Shown one piece after another: positions 31,572 through 44,958 of a stretch of DNA of 64,000 nt; the stretch's first letter is position 1; each line of letters starts with the position of its first letter. The notes below the pieces were generated by a model, which did no database searches, was not told where the DNA came from, and saw nothing but the letters and a program-made list of their open reading frames with translations. Source of the DNA: the human T2T-CHM13v2.0 reference genome, Homo sapiens. Where the stretch lies: assembly GCF_009914755.1 (NCBI RefSeq), contig NC_060926.1. One strand, written 5' to 3'. Made by a program: the position numbers and the translations under genes.

Positions 31572-32200
31572 CAGTGGCATACTAGTAAATATTTAACAGC
31601 TGGCTCTTTGGGAAAAATGTATATGTTGATATACTTACATAAGTTTTTACAAGTTTTGGTGATATACAAATGATAATAAAATACATAATATTCTTTATTG
31701 TAAATTATATCTAACCTACGAATTTGTATACAATGCTTTCATGGATTTTTTTGCCAAATTCTGTTATCTGTAGACAAACTCTGGTTGTAATCCAAACATG
31801 ATTCAACAAATGGAGTTTTATCCTACTCATCTATTACTTTTTGCAATACAGTTATTGTCATTAAATCTGAATTGTGATCTCCTCTTAAACTATTTATCAC
31901 CCTTATACAAATTATACTCATTACAATGAGACCTATTTCATCTTCAGCACTAGACATGCACACATTAATCTATGCTATTAACTCTTTCTCTATTACTTTC
32001 CTAACTCTAGGCAAACAACAAAATATTGAATCAAGTCCTGATTTGAAGCATTGGCTGATTTCAAGCTACCCAAATGGCATCGCTGAATGTGGAGATAAGA
32101 AGTGATGTGCAGCAGCACACCATTATACAGTATTTCCAACATGTAGATAAAGAAAACATAAATAACCTGAAAAGTACAGATAATAACTGTATGCCTTGAA
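31572..32200. mobile_element. MER63-like hAT DNA transposon remnant
   Basis: Starts 'cagtggcatactagtaaatatttaacagctggctc', similar to the MER63 terminus; right boundary uncertain. Confidence 0.5.
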
Positions 32201-32506
32201 TGCATTTTATTTTCTCTGAAGTACATTCTTAAGTGATTTTTTCCTATATTTTGTGGGTGACAAATTGTCTGAGTCTTGGCATATTAAAAGTTTCATTAAT
32301 TTGCCTTTATATCTGGATAAGAATATAGCTGGGTATAGGAATCTAGTTTCAGATTATGTCTACCCATAAATTTAAGATTATTGCTCCACTGAGCTCTGCA
32401 TTTGTACTCTTGTCACTAAGAAGTACAGTATTAGGAGTTTTTTCTCTATTGTTGGTAGCTGGGTTTTAGTCATTAAAAAAAAACTAAAGATTTTTGAAAC
32501 TTTTGA

Positions 32507-32904
<398 letters not shown>

Positions 32905-33031
32905 TGTTTTTTGTTTTTAGAGACAGTCTCACTGTGTTACTCAGATGGGTCTCGAACTCGTGGCCTCAAGTGATCCTCCCATCTCAGTCTCCAAATTCCT
33001 GGATTACAGGTGTGAACCACTGTGCCCAGCA
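32905..33031 (-). mobile_element. Alu left-arm monomer (FLAM-like) whose tail hosts the AluY
   Basis: Single antisense Alu arm 'agagacagtctcactgtgtt...ccactgtgcccagc'. Confidence 0.8.
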
Positions 33032-34030
33032 GGGCTACTTTTAAATTTGGGGGAAATTATTTTTAATCATATTTTTAAAATATTTTCATTTCTTTATCTT
33101 CTCCTGATATTCCTCTGAAACAAATTCCAGAGCTATTACATCTGTCCTCTCAGATAAGTTATTAGTCAAACTAACCTTCTTTTTATATTTTTGCTCCATT
33201 TTCTGAGCTATATCCTTCATTTTATTTTTACTTTTAAGGGAGTTTAGGGGTAATCTGTATAGGAACCAATAAAAGGGGATGGCAAAGGAGCCTGGCTTCT
33301 GATGTTATCAAAGATTTCACTATAAGAATAGGTGTTATTTATATGCCTAAATTATCTTAGTTTACTCTGGATTTATTTTTATCTTACCAATGCTGTTTTT
33401 TTCCATATACTCAATTAATATTTTTAGATTGTTCACTTATTGCAATTACAACATTATTGCTCATAATATTGAACATAGGATCCTATTATTTCTCAGTGCA
33501 ATATTCTCTGAATTGTTTATCTCTGAATAAAACAAATAACTTTTAAAGTAATATTTATGAAAACAAAAACCGTTTACTTCTGGGTCAGTCATTTAGTTTT
33601 CCATCTTTATCACTCATAATTTTGTGTTTCCTTGGTTTGGTAGTACTAATGTATCTATTCATGTTTATAAATGATGAGCTAGAATAATTAACAGATTATG
33701 GAGTTTTTTGAAATTGTGTATATTTATTTATCCAATTAGCTTTGATCATGAAAGGGAGGGTCCTCTGCTGGCTCTGTGAATATGATGGGGCATGCTCTTT
33801 AGTCAGCACAGTCTCATTTAGACCACACAAGAAGAAAGGAGGCAGCTGCCAAAAATATGGAGCACTGTACTCTGAAACTTGAGCTTTTTAGTTTATTTCA
33901 CTACAAAGTGAAACTAATGTTCTTTTTTATTCTCCCTCTCATCGTTTGTTGTGGGGATCTGGACTTACAGGTTATGCTTTAAAGATGTTTATGTTTTTAT
34001 GCAGTAAAATTTTCCAGTCTTGTGTCCATT

Positions 34031-37000
34031 TTTTGTCTTTCTTCTTTCTTCTTATTTCAATAGGTTTTTGGGGAATAAGTGTTGTTTGGTTACAGGAATA
34101 CATTCTTTAGTGGTGATTTTTGAGATTTTGGTGTACCCAGCACTCTAGCAGTGTACACTGTACCCAATGTATAGTCTTTTATCCCTCACCCACCTCCCAC
34201 CCTTACCCCCAAGGCCCCAAAGTCCATTGTAGTATTATTATTATTTTGAGACGGAGTCTTGCTCTGTTGCCCAGGCTGGAGTGCAGTGGTGCGATCTCGG
34301 CTCACTGCAAGCTCCGCCTCCTGGGTTCAGCTATTCTCCTTCCTCAGCCTCCTGAGTAGCTGGGACTACAGGTGCCCGCCATCACCCTCAGCTAATTTTT
34401 TGCATTTTTAGTAGAGATGGGGTTTCACCGTGTTAGCCAGGATTGTCTTGATCTCCTGACCTCATGATCCACCTGCCTTAGCCTCCCAAAGTGCTGGAAT
34501 TACAGGCATGAGCCACTGCGCCTGGCCTCCATTGTATTATTCTTATGTCTTTGCATCCTCATAGCTCAGTTCCCACTTATGGGTGAGTACATAATGATGT
34601 TTAGTTTTCCATTCCTGAGTTACTTCACTTAGAATAATGGTCTCCAATTCCATCCAGGTTGCTGCAAATGCCGTTATTCCATTCCTTTTTATGGCTGAGG
34701 AACATTCCATGTTATATACATATATATATGTACTACATTTTATTTAACCACTCATTGAATGATGGACATTTGGACAGGTTCAATATTTTTGCAATTGCGA
34801 ATTGTGCTGCCATAAATATATGTGTGCAAGTATCTTTTTTCATATAATGGCTTCGTTTCCTACAAGTAGTGAGAATGCTGGATCAAATGATAGATCTACA
34901 TTTAGTTCTTGTAGGAATCACCACACTGTTTTCCATAGTGGTTGTACTAGTTTACATTCCCACGAACAGTGTAAAAAATGTTCCCTTTTCAACACATTCT
35001 CACCAACATCTATTATTTTTTGATTTTCTGATTATGGCCATTCTTGCAGGGGTGAAGTGGTATCACATTGTGGTCTTGATTTGCATTTCCCTGGTAATTA
35101 GTGGTGTTGAGCATTTTTTCATATATTTCTTGGCCATTTGTATGTCTTCTTTTGAGAATTGACTATTCATGTCCTTAGCCCACTTTTGATAAGATTGTTT
35201 GTTTTATTGTGGCTGATTTGCCTGAGTTCCTTGTAGATTCTGGATAATAGTCCTTCAGTTGGATGTATAGATTGTGAAGATTTTTTTTCCCACTCTTTGT
35301 TCCATGGCTGATGAGTAGAATGCATATTCTGTAGTTGTTGGGTAGAATGTTTTGTAAATATCTGTTAAGTCTGTTTGTTCTAGGGTGAAGCTTAAGTCCA
35401 TTGTTTCTTTGTTAATTTTCTGTCTTGATGACCTGTCTAGTGCTGTCAGTGGAGGATTGAAGTCCCCAGTATTGTGTTGCTGTCTATCTCATTTCTTAGG
35501 TCTAGTGGTAATAGTTTTATAAATTTGAGAACTCCAGTGTTAGGTGCATATATATTTAGGATAGTGATATTTTTCTGTTGGACTAGTCCTTTTATCATAA
35601 TATAATGTCCCTCTTTGTCTTTAACTGCAATTGCTTTAAAATTTGTTTTGTCTGATATAAGAATAGCTACTCCTGCTCACTTGTGGTGTCCATTTGCATG
35701 GAATATTCTTTTCCACCCCTTTATCTTAAGTTTATTTGAGTCCTTATGTGTCAGGTGAGTCTCTTGAAGATGGCAGATACTTGGTTGGTGAATTCTTATT
35801 CATTCTGCCATTCTGTATCTTTTAAGTGGAGCATTTAGATCATTTACATTCAATGTTAGTATTGAGATGTGAGGTACCATTCTATTCATCATGCTATTTG
35901 TTGCCTGAATATCTTGCTTTTTTTGCATTGTGTTATTGTTTTATAGGTCCTGTGAGATACATGCTTTATGGAAATCCTATTTTGGTATATTTTGGGGATT
36001 TGTTTCAAGATTTAGAGATCCTTTTAGCAGTTCTTATATCGCTGGTTTGGTAGTGGTGAATTCTCTCAGGATTTGTTTGTTCAAAAAAGACTATTCTTCA
36101 TTTATGAATCTTAGTTTCACTGGATATAAAATTATTTGCTGATAATTGTATTGTTTAAGGAGGCTAAAGATAGGACCCCAATCCCTTCTAGCTTGTAGGG
36201 TTTTTGCTGAGAAATCCGCTGTTAATCTGATAGGTTTTCCTTTATAGGTTACCTGATACTTTTGCCCAACAACTCTTAAGATTCTCTCCTTTGTCTTGAC
36301 TTTAGATAACCTGATTACTATGTGCCTAGGCAATGATCTTTTTGTGATGAATTTCCCAGGTGTTCTTTGAGCTTCTTGCATTTGAATGTCTAGATCTCTA
36401 GCAAGGCCAGGGAAGTTTTTCTTGATTATTTCCTCAAATATTCCAAACTTCTAGATTTCTCTTCTTTTTTGGGAACACTAATTACTGTTAGATTTGGCCT
36501 TTTAACATAATCCCAAATTTCTTGGAGGCTTTGTTCATTTTTTTATATATTTTTTGTCTTTGTCAGATTAGGTTAATTCAAATGCCTTGTCTTTGAGCTC
36601 TGAAGTTCTTTCTTCTACCTCTTCTACCTATTTGATTCTATTGCTGAGACTTTCCAGTGCATTTTCTGTTTCTCTAAGTGTGTCCTTGATTACCAGAATT
36701 CGTCATTATTTTTTATTTTTGCTATTTCACTGAAGATTTTTTCCTTTCATATCCTGTATCATTTTTTTTTATTTATTTATTTAAGTTGGACTTCATCTGT
36801 CTCTTGTGCCTCCTTGATTAGCTTAATAATCCACCTTCTGATTTGTTTTTTCTGGCAATTCAGAGATTTCATCTTGGTTTGGATCTATTGCTGGTGAGCT
36901 AGTGTGATCTTTTGGGAGTGTTTAAGATGTTTTGTCATATTACCAGAATTTGTTGTTGTTGCTGTTTTTCCTTCTCATTTGGGTAGACTATGTCAAAGAG

Positions 37001-37998
37001 AAGATCTGGGACTCAAGGGCTGCTGTTCAGATTCTTTTGTCCCACAGCATGCTCCCTTGATGTGGTGCTTTCCCCCTTCCCCTAGGGATAAAGCTTCCTG
37101 AGAGCCAAATCTGGTTCTAGCTACCCAGCAGAGCTACCAGGCTCTGGGCTGGTACTGGGGAGTGTCTGCAAAGAGTCCTGTGATGTGATCTGTCTTCAGG
37201 TCTCTCAGCTGTGGATACTAGCACCTGCTCTGGTGGAGGTAGCAGGGGAATGAGATGGACTATATAAGGGTCCTTGGTTGTTTTTGTTAAGTGTGCTAAT
37301 CTTGTGTTGGTTGGTCTCCAGCCAGGAGATGGCACTTTCAAGAGCCTGTTAGCTGCAGTTGTATAGGGAGGATCAGACTTTAGGTGGGGTCATATATTTC
37401 CCAAGAGATTATGTCCTTTGTCTTTGGCTACCAGAGTGGGTAAGGACCATCAGGTGGGGGCAGGGTTAGGGTGTCTGAGCTCACACTCTGCTTGGGCAGG
37501 GCTTGCTATGGCTGCTGCAGGGGATAGGGGTGTAGTTCCCAGGCCAGTGGAGTTATGTTCCCAGGAGAATTATGGCTGTATCTCCTGCTTTACCTAGGTC
37601 ACTAGGGAAGGGGAAGGAAGCCGGCTGTCACAGTCCTCACTCCACTCCCATGCAGCCCACAGCCTGAATGGCCAGTCTCATTCCCACCTTGTCCCCACAA
37701 CAGCACTGTGTTTATTTCCAGGCAGCCAGTGAGCAGGGTTGAGAATTTGCCCCAGGCTTCAAGCCTCTCAGCTGAGAAGGCAAGCAGACTCACAGTTCCT
37801 CTGCTGTAGCATAAAGCCTGCAGCGGCAATCCACCTCCTTCAAAGGGTCTGCGGATTCTCTCGACTTTCCTGGTATGTTCCCCCAGTAGTTCTTGGAACA
37901 AAATTTCATGATATAGGTCTCCACATGCAGCTCTGTCCATCCAAGTGGGAGCTGCAAGTTAGTTCTACATCCTATCTGCCATTTTCCAGACACAAATT
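34031..37998 (-). mobile_element. L1PB (L1PB1/2-like) with both ends intact and a large internal ORF2 deletion
   Basis: 3' end 'tttcaataggtttttgggg'; ORF1 remnant 'QEAQRTPGKFITKRSLPRHIVIRLSKVK'; 5' end at about 37990; 16-bp TSD cagtcttgtgtc(c/t)att at 34015-34030 and 37999-38014. Confidence 0.93.
34237..34527 (-). mobile_element. AluY-like inserted in the L1PB 3'UTR
   Basis: (TAA)n tail; TSD beginning 'tccattgta' at 34223 and 34528. Confidence 0.9.
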
Positions 37999-39526
37999 CA
38001 GTCTTGTGTCTATTAATTTTGGAAATTTATACAGCTTCTTGACAGGCATTCCCTACCTCAGCAATTTAGTTATTTTATAGATACATTTTTACCTTCCCAC
38101 ATATCCTTATATTCATTTTATTTTGGAGTAAGAAGCAAAGCATAGCTACATTATGATTTGGAGTAAGAAGCAAACAATAGCCAATTACTTGATACCATCT
38201 ATGAAATTGATCCTGTTTCCCTACTGATTTGAAATGCCATTTATATTATACGCTAAATTTCAATGTGTTTGAATATATTTCTAGAGTTTATTTTTTCTAT
38301 TTGTCTCTTTTTATTGTGTGATTGCTATATCTTTTAAATTACTATAACTTGAAAATTATTTTAATAGTTGAACCCATCTTTAACATATTTCTGAATTATA
38401 TTTGGTATTCACCCATATGTATGCTTCTAGGCATTGAAAATACACACCACTTTAATGGCAGGGGACTTTGAGAATATTTTGAGGGGAGTGAACAGAGTTG
38501 TATGAGAACTTTCCATGTTATTTTAAATGCTTTATGTCTTTGAAGTTTTATAGTGACTGTGTCATTTTTGTAAATTTTAATATGATGAAACATAACAATT
38601 ATTAATAACTTTAACTTAAAAACTTTAAACAAAGTTACATATGGGAAAATGGTGCATAAAATAAACACGTAATTCAAAAATTAAAAAAATAAAAATAGCC
38701 AATGATCAGACAAAAAATAGTTAACCACAATTATAAATAAAATAAAGTAAATGAATTTTTTGCGAAACATTGGCAAAAAGTAATAAAACTCAAAATGTCA
38801 AAGAAACCAACACGAGGATTTTTTTTATCCAGTATTGTTTATAATAACACACATTTGGAACTCCCTAGATATTAATAACTGAGATTTCACTTGACTAAGT
38901 TAAGCTACACTCAAGCAATGAATATTAAAAGTTTGAAAAGCAAGATAAATATTAACATTGATTGATGGGGAAGAGTCTTTAATTGTTAAATGAGAAAAAT
39001 ATGTTATAGCTTTGAATGCTGTTCATATCAAAGCATGTGCATGAATGTGAGTACCTGGCCATGTATGCAGTTTTTACATAGAAATTCTTAAAATGATGTT
39101 CCAAAGACTTTCCATAAGACAAAATGGAATTTTAAAAATGCTCAAGTAATCCACAGGAAGTCAGAAAAAAGAAAATAGAAAAATGCAAAACAGAGAGAAC
39201 AAATAGAAAACAAGACTAAATTTTAAAAATGGTAAATTTAAGTTCTACCAAATTAATACCTACATTAAATAAAAATGGTTTAAATATAATAACTGAAAGA
39301 CAGGAATTTGTAGATAGATTTAAAAAAACAATTACACAATTGTGTGCTGTCTATAGGAAATTCATTTTAAACATAACATGATAGGCAGCTAATAAAAAAT
39401 AAAAAGAGTAAAATGTATACTGTGGAAGTACATCAGAAAAACACTAATGAAAGAAAGCATTAATGAGTATATTAATATCAGATAAAGTAGGCTTCATAAC
39501 CAAAAAAAAATGGGAGAAACAGATAT

Positions 39527-40272
<746 letters not shown>

Positions 40273-41139
40273 TATGTACCAATAAAAGGGTCAATACAAG
40301 TAGAAGACATAGCAACCATAAATATGTATGCACTAATCAGAGCTGCAAAATATGTTAATCAAACTGATATAAATGAAGAAAAATAGACAAATCCACAATT
40401 ATGGTTGAAAACTTCAATATAGCTCTCTCAAAATTGATAAAACAACTAGTCAGAAAATCAGCAAAGATACAAAAGAAGACAACAGTATTATCAATCAATA
40501 AGTGATAATCAACACTAATAAACACCAACAGCAGAATATATATATTTTTAAGTGCCCATGAAACACCATGATAGACCACCTTCAGCCACAAAACAAATAG
40601 CAAAACATTTAAAGAATTGAAATCACACAGAATATATTCTTTATTACGATGGAATTAACTTAGATATTCATAGCAAAAATATAAAGGGGAAAATCTCCAA
40701 CCACATGAAAACTAAACAAAATGCTTGTAAATAATTCATGGGTCAAAGAGGAATTCTCCAAGGAAATAAAAAATACTTTGAGCAGAATAAAATGAAAATT
40801 AAAATATAACATATTCGGTTATGTGGGAAACAGTTAAGCTCATGCTGAGAAGAAAATTGAAGCACTAAATGTGTACCTTAACAAAGAGAAAAATGTTTTC
40901 CAGAAAACTGAAGAGAACACTTACCAATCTACATTATAAAGCAAGTATTAACTTGACACCAAAACTAGATATAGTACAAAAAATGAAACTATGAACAAAT
41001 ATCCCTATGAATATGGATGCAAAACTACAAAATAATTCAGCTCTCTCTCTCCATACACACACAGACACACACACACACACACACACGCTATAAGGATACC
41101 CGAAAACGTGGAAGCAACTTTGGAACTAAGTAACAGGTA

Positions 41140-41635
41140 TGTTAGGGACAAACCACCCCAAAAAACTTCTTGGTACTGCCAACACTTCCCCCAAACCTCT
41201 CCGTGCTGCCTACTCCTCCCCCTTATGCTCTGCAACTCTGCCCACCCTTCCCCCCCAGCCCTTTACATTTCTAAGCACTTATCTAGGCACCGCTGTGAGG
41301 CCAGCAGACTTTACCTACCAGGCCTTGCTGCAATAAACAAACCCCAATTACAAGCCATCTAGACTGCACAGGGGAAGGTCCTGGGAAGCATAAACAAACT
41401 TTACCTATACCCTCCTATAAGTTCCTTCATCTGGCTGCTACCACAAACGTCACAAGGTGATATATGGCAAAGTTAACCAACAAATGACCCCAGGGTCTGT
41501 CTCCCCCATATAAACCCCTCAGGTTTATAAACAGCTCAGGACTGCCTGCTGTCTGTGGTGGAGCAGCCAGCAGGTTCAATAAACTTACTCATCTGACTTC
41601 GGGTCTATTCTTCCTTTCTCTCAACTGACCTTACA
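41140..41635 (+). mobile_element. Solo LTR of about 496 bp (probably ERVL class; family not identified)
   Basis: TG...CA ends, TATAAA-like motifs at about 41509 and 41526, AATAAA at 41578, exact 5-bp TSD AGGTA. Confidence 0.85.
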
Positions 41636-42329
41636 AGGTAGAGTTTGGGACAGGTTAGAGGGCTCATTTAGGGGAAATGTGGGAAAGTTTGGAACTTCCT
41701 AGAGACTTGGAAGGCCGAGAAGATAGGAAGATGCAGGAAAGTTTGGAACTTCCTAGAGACTTGTGGAATTGCTCTGACCAAAATGCTGAGAGTGACATAG
41801 ACAATGAAGTCCAGGCTGAGGTGGTCTAAGATGGAGCTGAGGAACTTCTTGGGAACTGGAGCAAAGGTGACTCTTGCCATGCTTTAGCAAACAGACTGGC
41901 AGCATTTCCCCCCTGCCCTAGAGATCTGTGGAATTTTGAACGTGAGAGATGATTTAGGGTATCTGGTGGAAGAAATTTCTAAGCAACAAAGCATTCAAGA
42001 GGCGACAGATCATCAAAGTTTGAAAAATTTGCACTCAGATAATGATGCAGTAGAAAAGAAAAACCCATTTTCTGGGGAGAAATTCAAGCCAGCTGCAGAA
42101 ATTTGCATAAGTAATGAGGAGCCAAATGCTAATCACCAAGACAATGGGGAAAATGTCTCCAGGGAATGTCAGGCACCTTCTCCACAGCCCCTCCCATCAC
42201 ATGCCAGGAAGCCTAGGAGGAGAAACTGGTTTCATGGGCTGGGTTCAGGGACACCCCTACTGTTTGCAACCTTGAGACTTTGTGCCTCACATCCCAGCTG
42301 CTCCAACTGTGGTTTAAAGGGGTCATGGT

Positions 42330-42747
42330 TGTCCAGCCTCTGAGCCCAAGCTAAACCATCATATCCCCTGTGACCTGCACATACACATCCAGATGGGCGA
42401 TTCCTGCCTTAACTGATGACATTCCACCACAAAAGAAGTGAAAATGGCCTGTTCCTGCCTTAACTGATGACATTACCTTGTGAAATTCCTTCTCTTGGCT
42501 CATCCTGGCTTAAAGCTCCCCCGCTGAGCACCTTGTGACCCCCCCCCAACCCCTGCCCGCCACAGAACAAACCCCCTTTGACTGTAATTTTCCTTTATCT
42601 ACCCAAATCTTATAAAATGGCCCCACCCCTATCTCCCTTCGCTGGCTCTCTTTTCGGACTCAGCCCACCTGCCCCCAGGTGAAATAAACAGCCTTGTTGC
42701 TCGCACAAAGCCTGTTTCGTGGTCTCTTCACATGGATGCGAGTGAAA
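42330..42747 (+). promoter_or_regulatory. HERV-H 5' LTR (LTR7)
   Basis: Two 'cctgccttaactgatgacatt' repeats, TATAAAA at 42611, AATAAA at about 42683. Confidence 0.93.
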
Positions 42748-42750
42748 TTT

Positions 42751-42768
42751 TGGTGCCGTGACTCGGAT
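42751..42768 (+). other. Primer-binding site complementary to the tRNA-His 3' end
   Basis: TGGTGCCGTGACTCGGAT is the reverse complement of ATCCGAGTCACGGCACCA. Confidence 0.95.
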
Positions 42769-43289
42769 CGGGGGACCTCCCTTGGGAGATCAATCCCCCG
42801 TCCTGCTCTTTGCTCCGTGAGAAAGATCCACCTACGACCTCTGGTCCTCAGACCGACCAGGCCAGGGAACATCTCACCAATTTTAAATCAGGTAAGCGAC
42901 CTCTTTTTACTCTCTTCTCCAACCTCTCACTATCCATCAACCTCTTTCTCCTTTCAATCTTGGCACCATCTTTCAATCTCTCCCTTCTCTTAATTTCAGT
43001 TCCTTCCCTTTTCTGGTAGAGACAACTCAGGAGATGCATTTTATCCATGAACCCAAAACTCCGGCGCCAGTCACAGACTCGGGAAGGCAGCCTTCCCTTG
43101 GTGTTTAATCACGTGGGGATACCTGCCTGATTATTCACACACATTTCAGGTGTGTCTGACCACGCGGGGACGCCTGCCTTGGTCCTTCACCCTTAGCGGC
43201 AAATGCCGCTTTTCTGGGGGACAAGAACCCCCTGACCCCTTCTCTCCGTGTCTCTACTCTCTCTTTTCTCTGGACTTGCCTCCTTCACT

Positions 43290-44900
43290 ATGGGCAACCT
43301 TCCACCCTCCATTCCTCCCTCTACTCCCTTAGCCTGTGTTCTCAAGAACTTAAAACCTCTTCAACTCACACCTGACCTAAAACCTAAATGCCTTATTTTC
43401 TTCTACAATGCAATCTGACCACAATACAAACTCGACAGTGGTTCCAAATAGCCAGAAAAAGGCGCTTTCGATTTTTCCATCCTACAAGATCTAAATAATT
43501 CTTGTCATAAAATGGGCAAACGGTCTGAGGTGCCTGACATCCAGGCATTCTTTTACACATCAGTGCCTCCCTAGTCTCTGTTCCCAATGCGACTAGTCCC
43601 AAATCCTCCTTCTTTCCCTCCCGCCTGTCCTCTCAGTCCCAACCCTAAGGGTCGCTGAGTATTTGTAATCTTCCTTTTCTACAGACCCATCTGACTTCTC
43701 CCCTCCTCCCCAGGCTGCTCCTCGCCAGGCCAAGCCAGGTCCCAATTCTTCCTCAGCCTCTGCTCCCCCACCCTGTAACCCTTTTATCACCTCCCCTCCT
43801 CACACCCGGTCCAGCTTACAGTTTCGTTCAGCAACTAGCCCTCCCCGACCTGTCCAGCAATTTCCTCTTAAAAAAGGTGGCTGGAGCTAAAGGCATAGTC
43901 GAGGTTAATGCTCCTTTTTCTTTATCCGACCTCTCCCAAAATCAGTTAGCATTTAGGCTCTTTTTCATCAAATATGAAAAACCCAGCCCAGTTCATGGCT
44001 CATTCGGCAGCAACCCTGAGATGCTTTATAGCCCTAGACCCTAAAAGGTCAAAAGGCCATCTTATTCTCAATATACATTTTATTACCAAATCCGCTCCTG
44101 ACATTAAATAAAACTCCAAAAATTAAATTCCGGCCCTCAAACCCCACAAACAAGACATAATTAACCTCGCCTTCAAGGTGTACAATAATAGAGTAGAGGA
44201 AGCCAAGTAGCAATATATTTCTGAGTTGCAATTCCTTGCCTCCACTGTGAAAGAAACCCCAGCCACATCTCCACACACAAGAACTTCCAAACGCCTGAAC
44301 TGCAGCTGCCAAGGTTTACTCCGGAAATCTGGCCACTGGGCCAAGGAATGCCCACAGCCCGAGATTCCCCCTAAGCCGTGTCCTGTCTGTGCGGGACCCC
44401 ACTGAAAATCGGACTCTTCAACTCACCTGGCAGCCGCTTCCAGATCCCCTGGAACTCTGGCCCAAGGCTCTCTGAGTGACTCCTTCCCAGATCTTCTCGG
44501 CTTAGCAGCTGAAGACTGACACTGCCCAATCGCCTTGGAAGCCTACAGGACAATCACAGATGCTCTGGGTAACTCTCACAGTGGAGGGTAAGTCCATCCC
44601 CTTCTTAATCAATACGGAGGCTACCCACTCCACATTACTTCTTTTCAAGGGCCTGTTTCCCTTGCCTCCATAACTGTTGTGGGTATTGACGGCCAGGCTT
44701 CTAAACCTCTTAAAACTCCCCAACTCTGGTGCCCACTTAGACAACATTCTTTTATACACTCTTTTTTAAGTTATCCCCACCTGCCCAGTTCCCTTATTAG
44801 GCCAAGACATTTTAACTAAATTATCTGTTTCCCTGACTATTCCTGGACTACAGCAACACCTCATTGCCACCCTTTTCCCCATTTCAAAGCCTCCTTCACA
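43290..44900 (+). pseudogene. HERV-H gag/pro remnants
   Basis: Zinc-knuckle remnants 'SGHWAKECPQ...CPVCAGPH*' at about 44325-44405; degenerate protease active-site region 'FLINTEATHS' at about 44602. Confidence 0.8.
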
Positions 44901-44958
44901 TCCTCCTCTCGTATCCCCCCACCTTAACCCACAAGTATAGGACACCTCTACTCCCTCC

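Noticed and set aside
42751-42768. tRNA-His-like sequence
   Set aside because: An 18-nt retroviral primer-binding site, not a tRNA gene.
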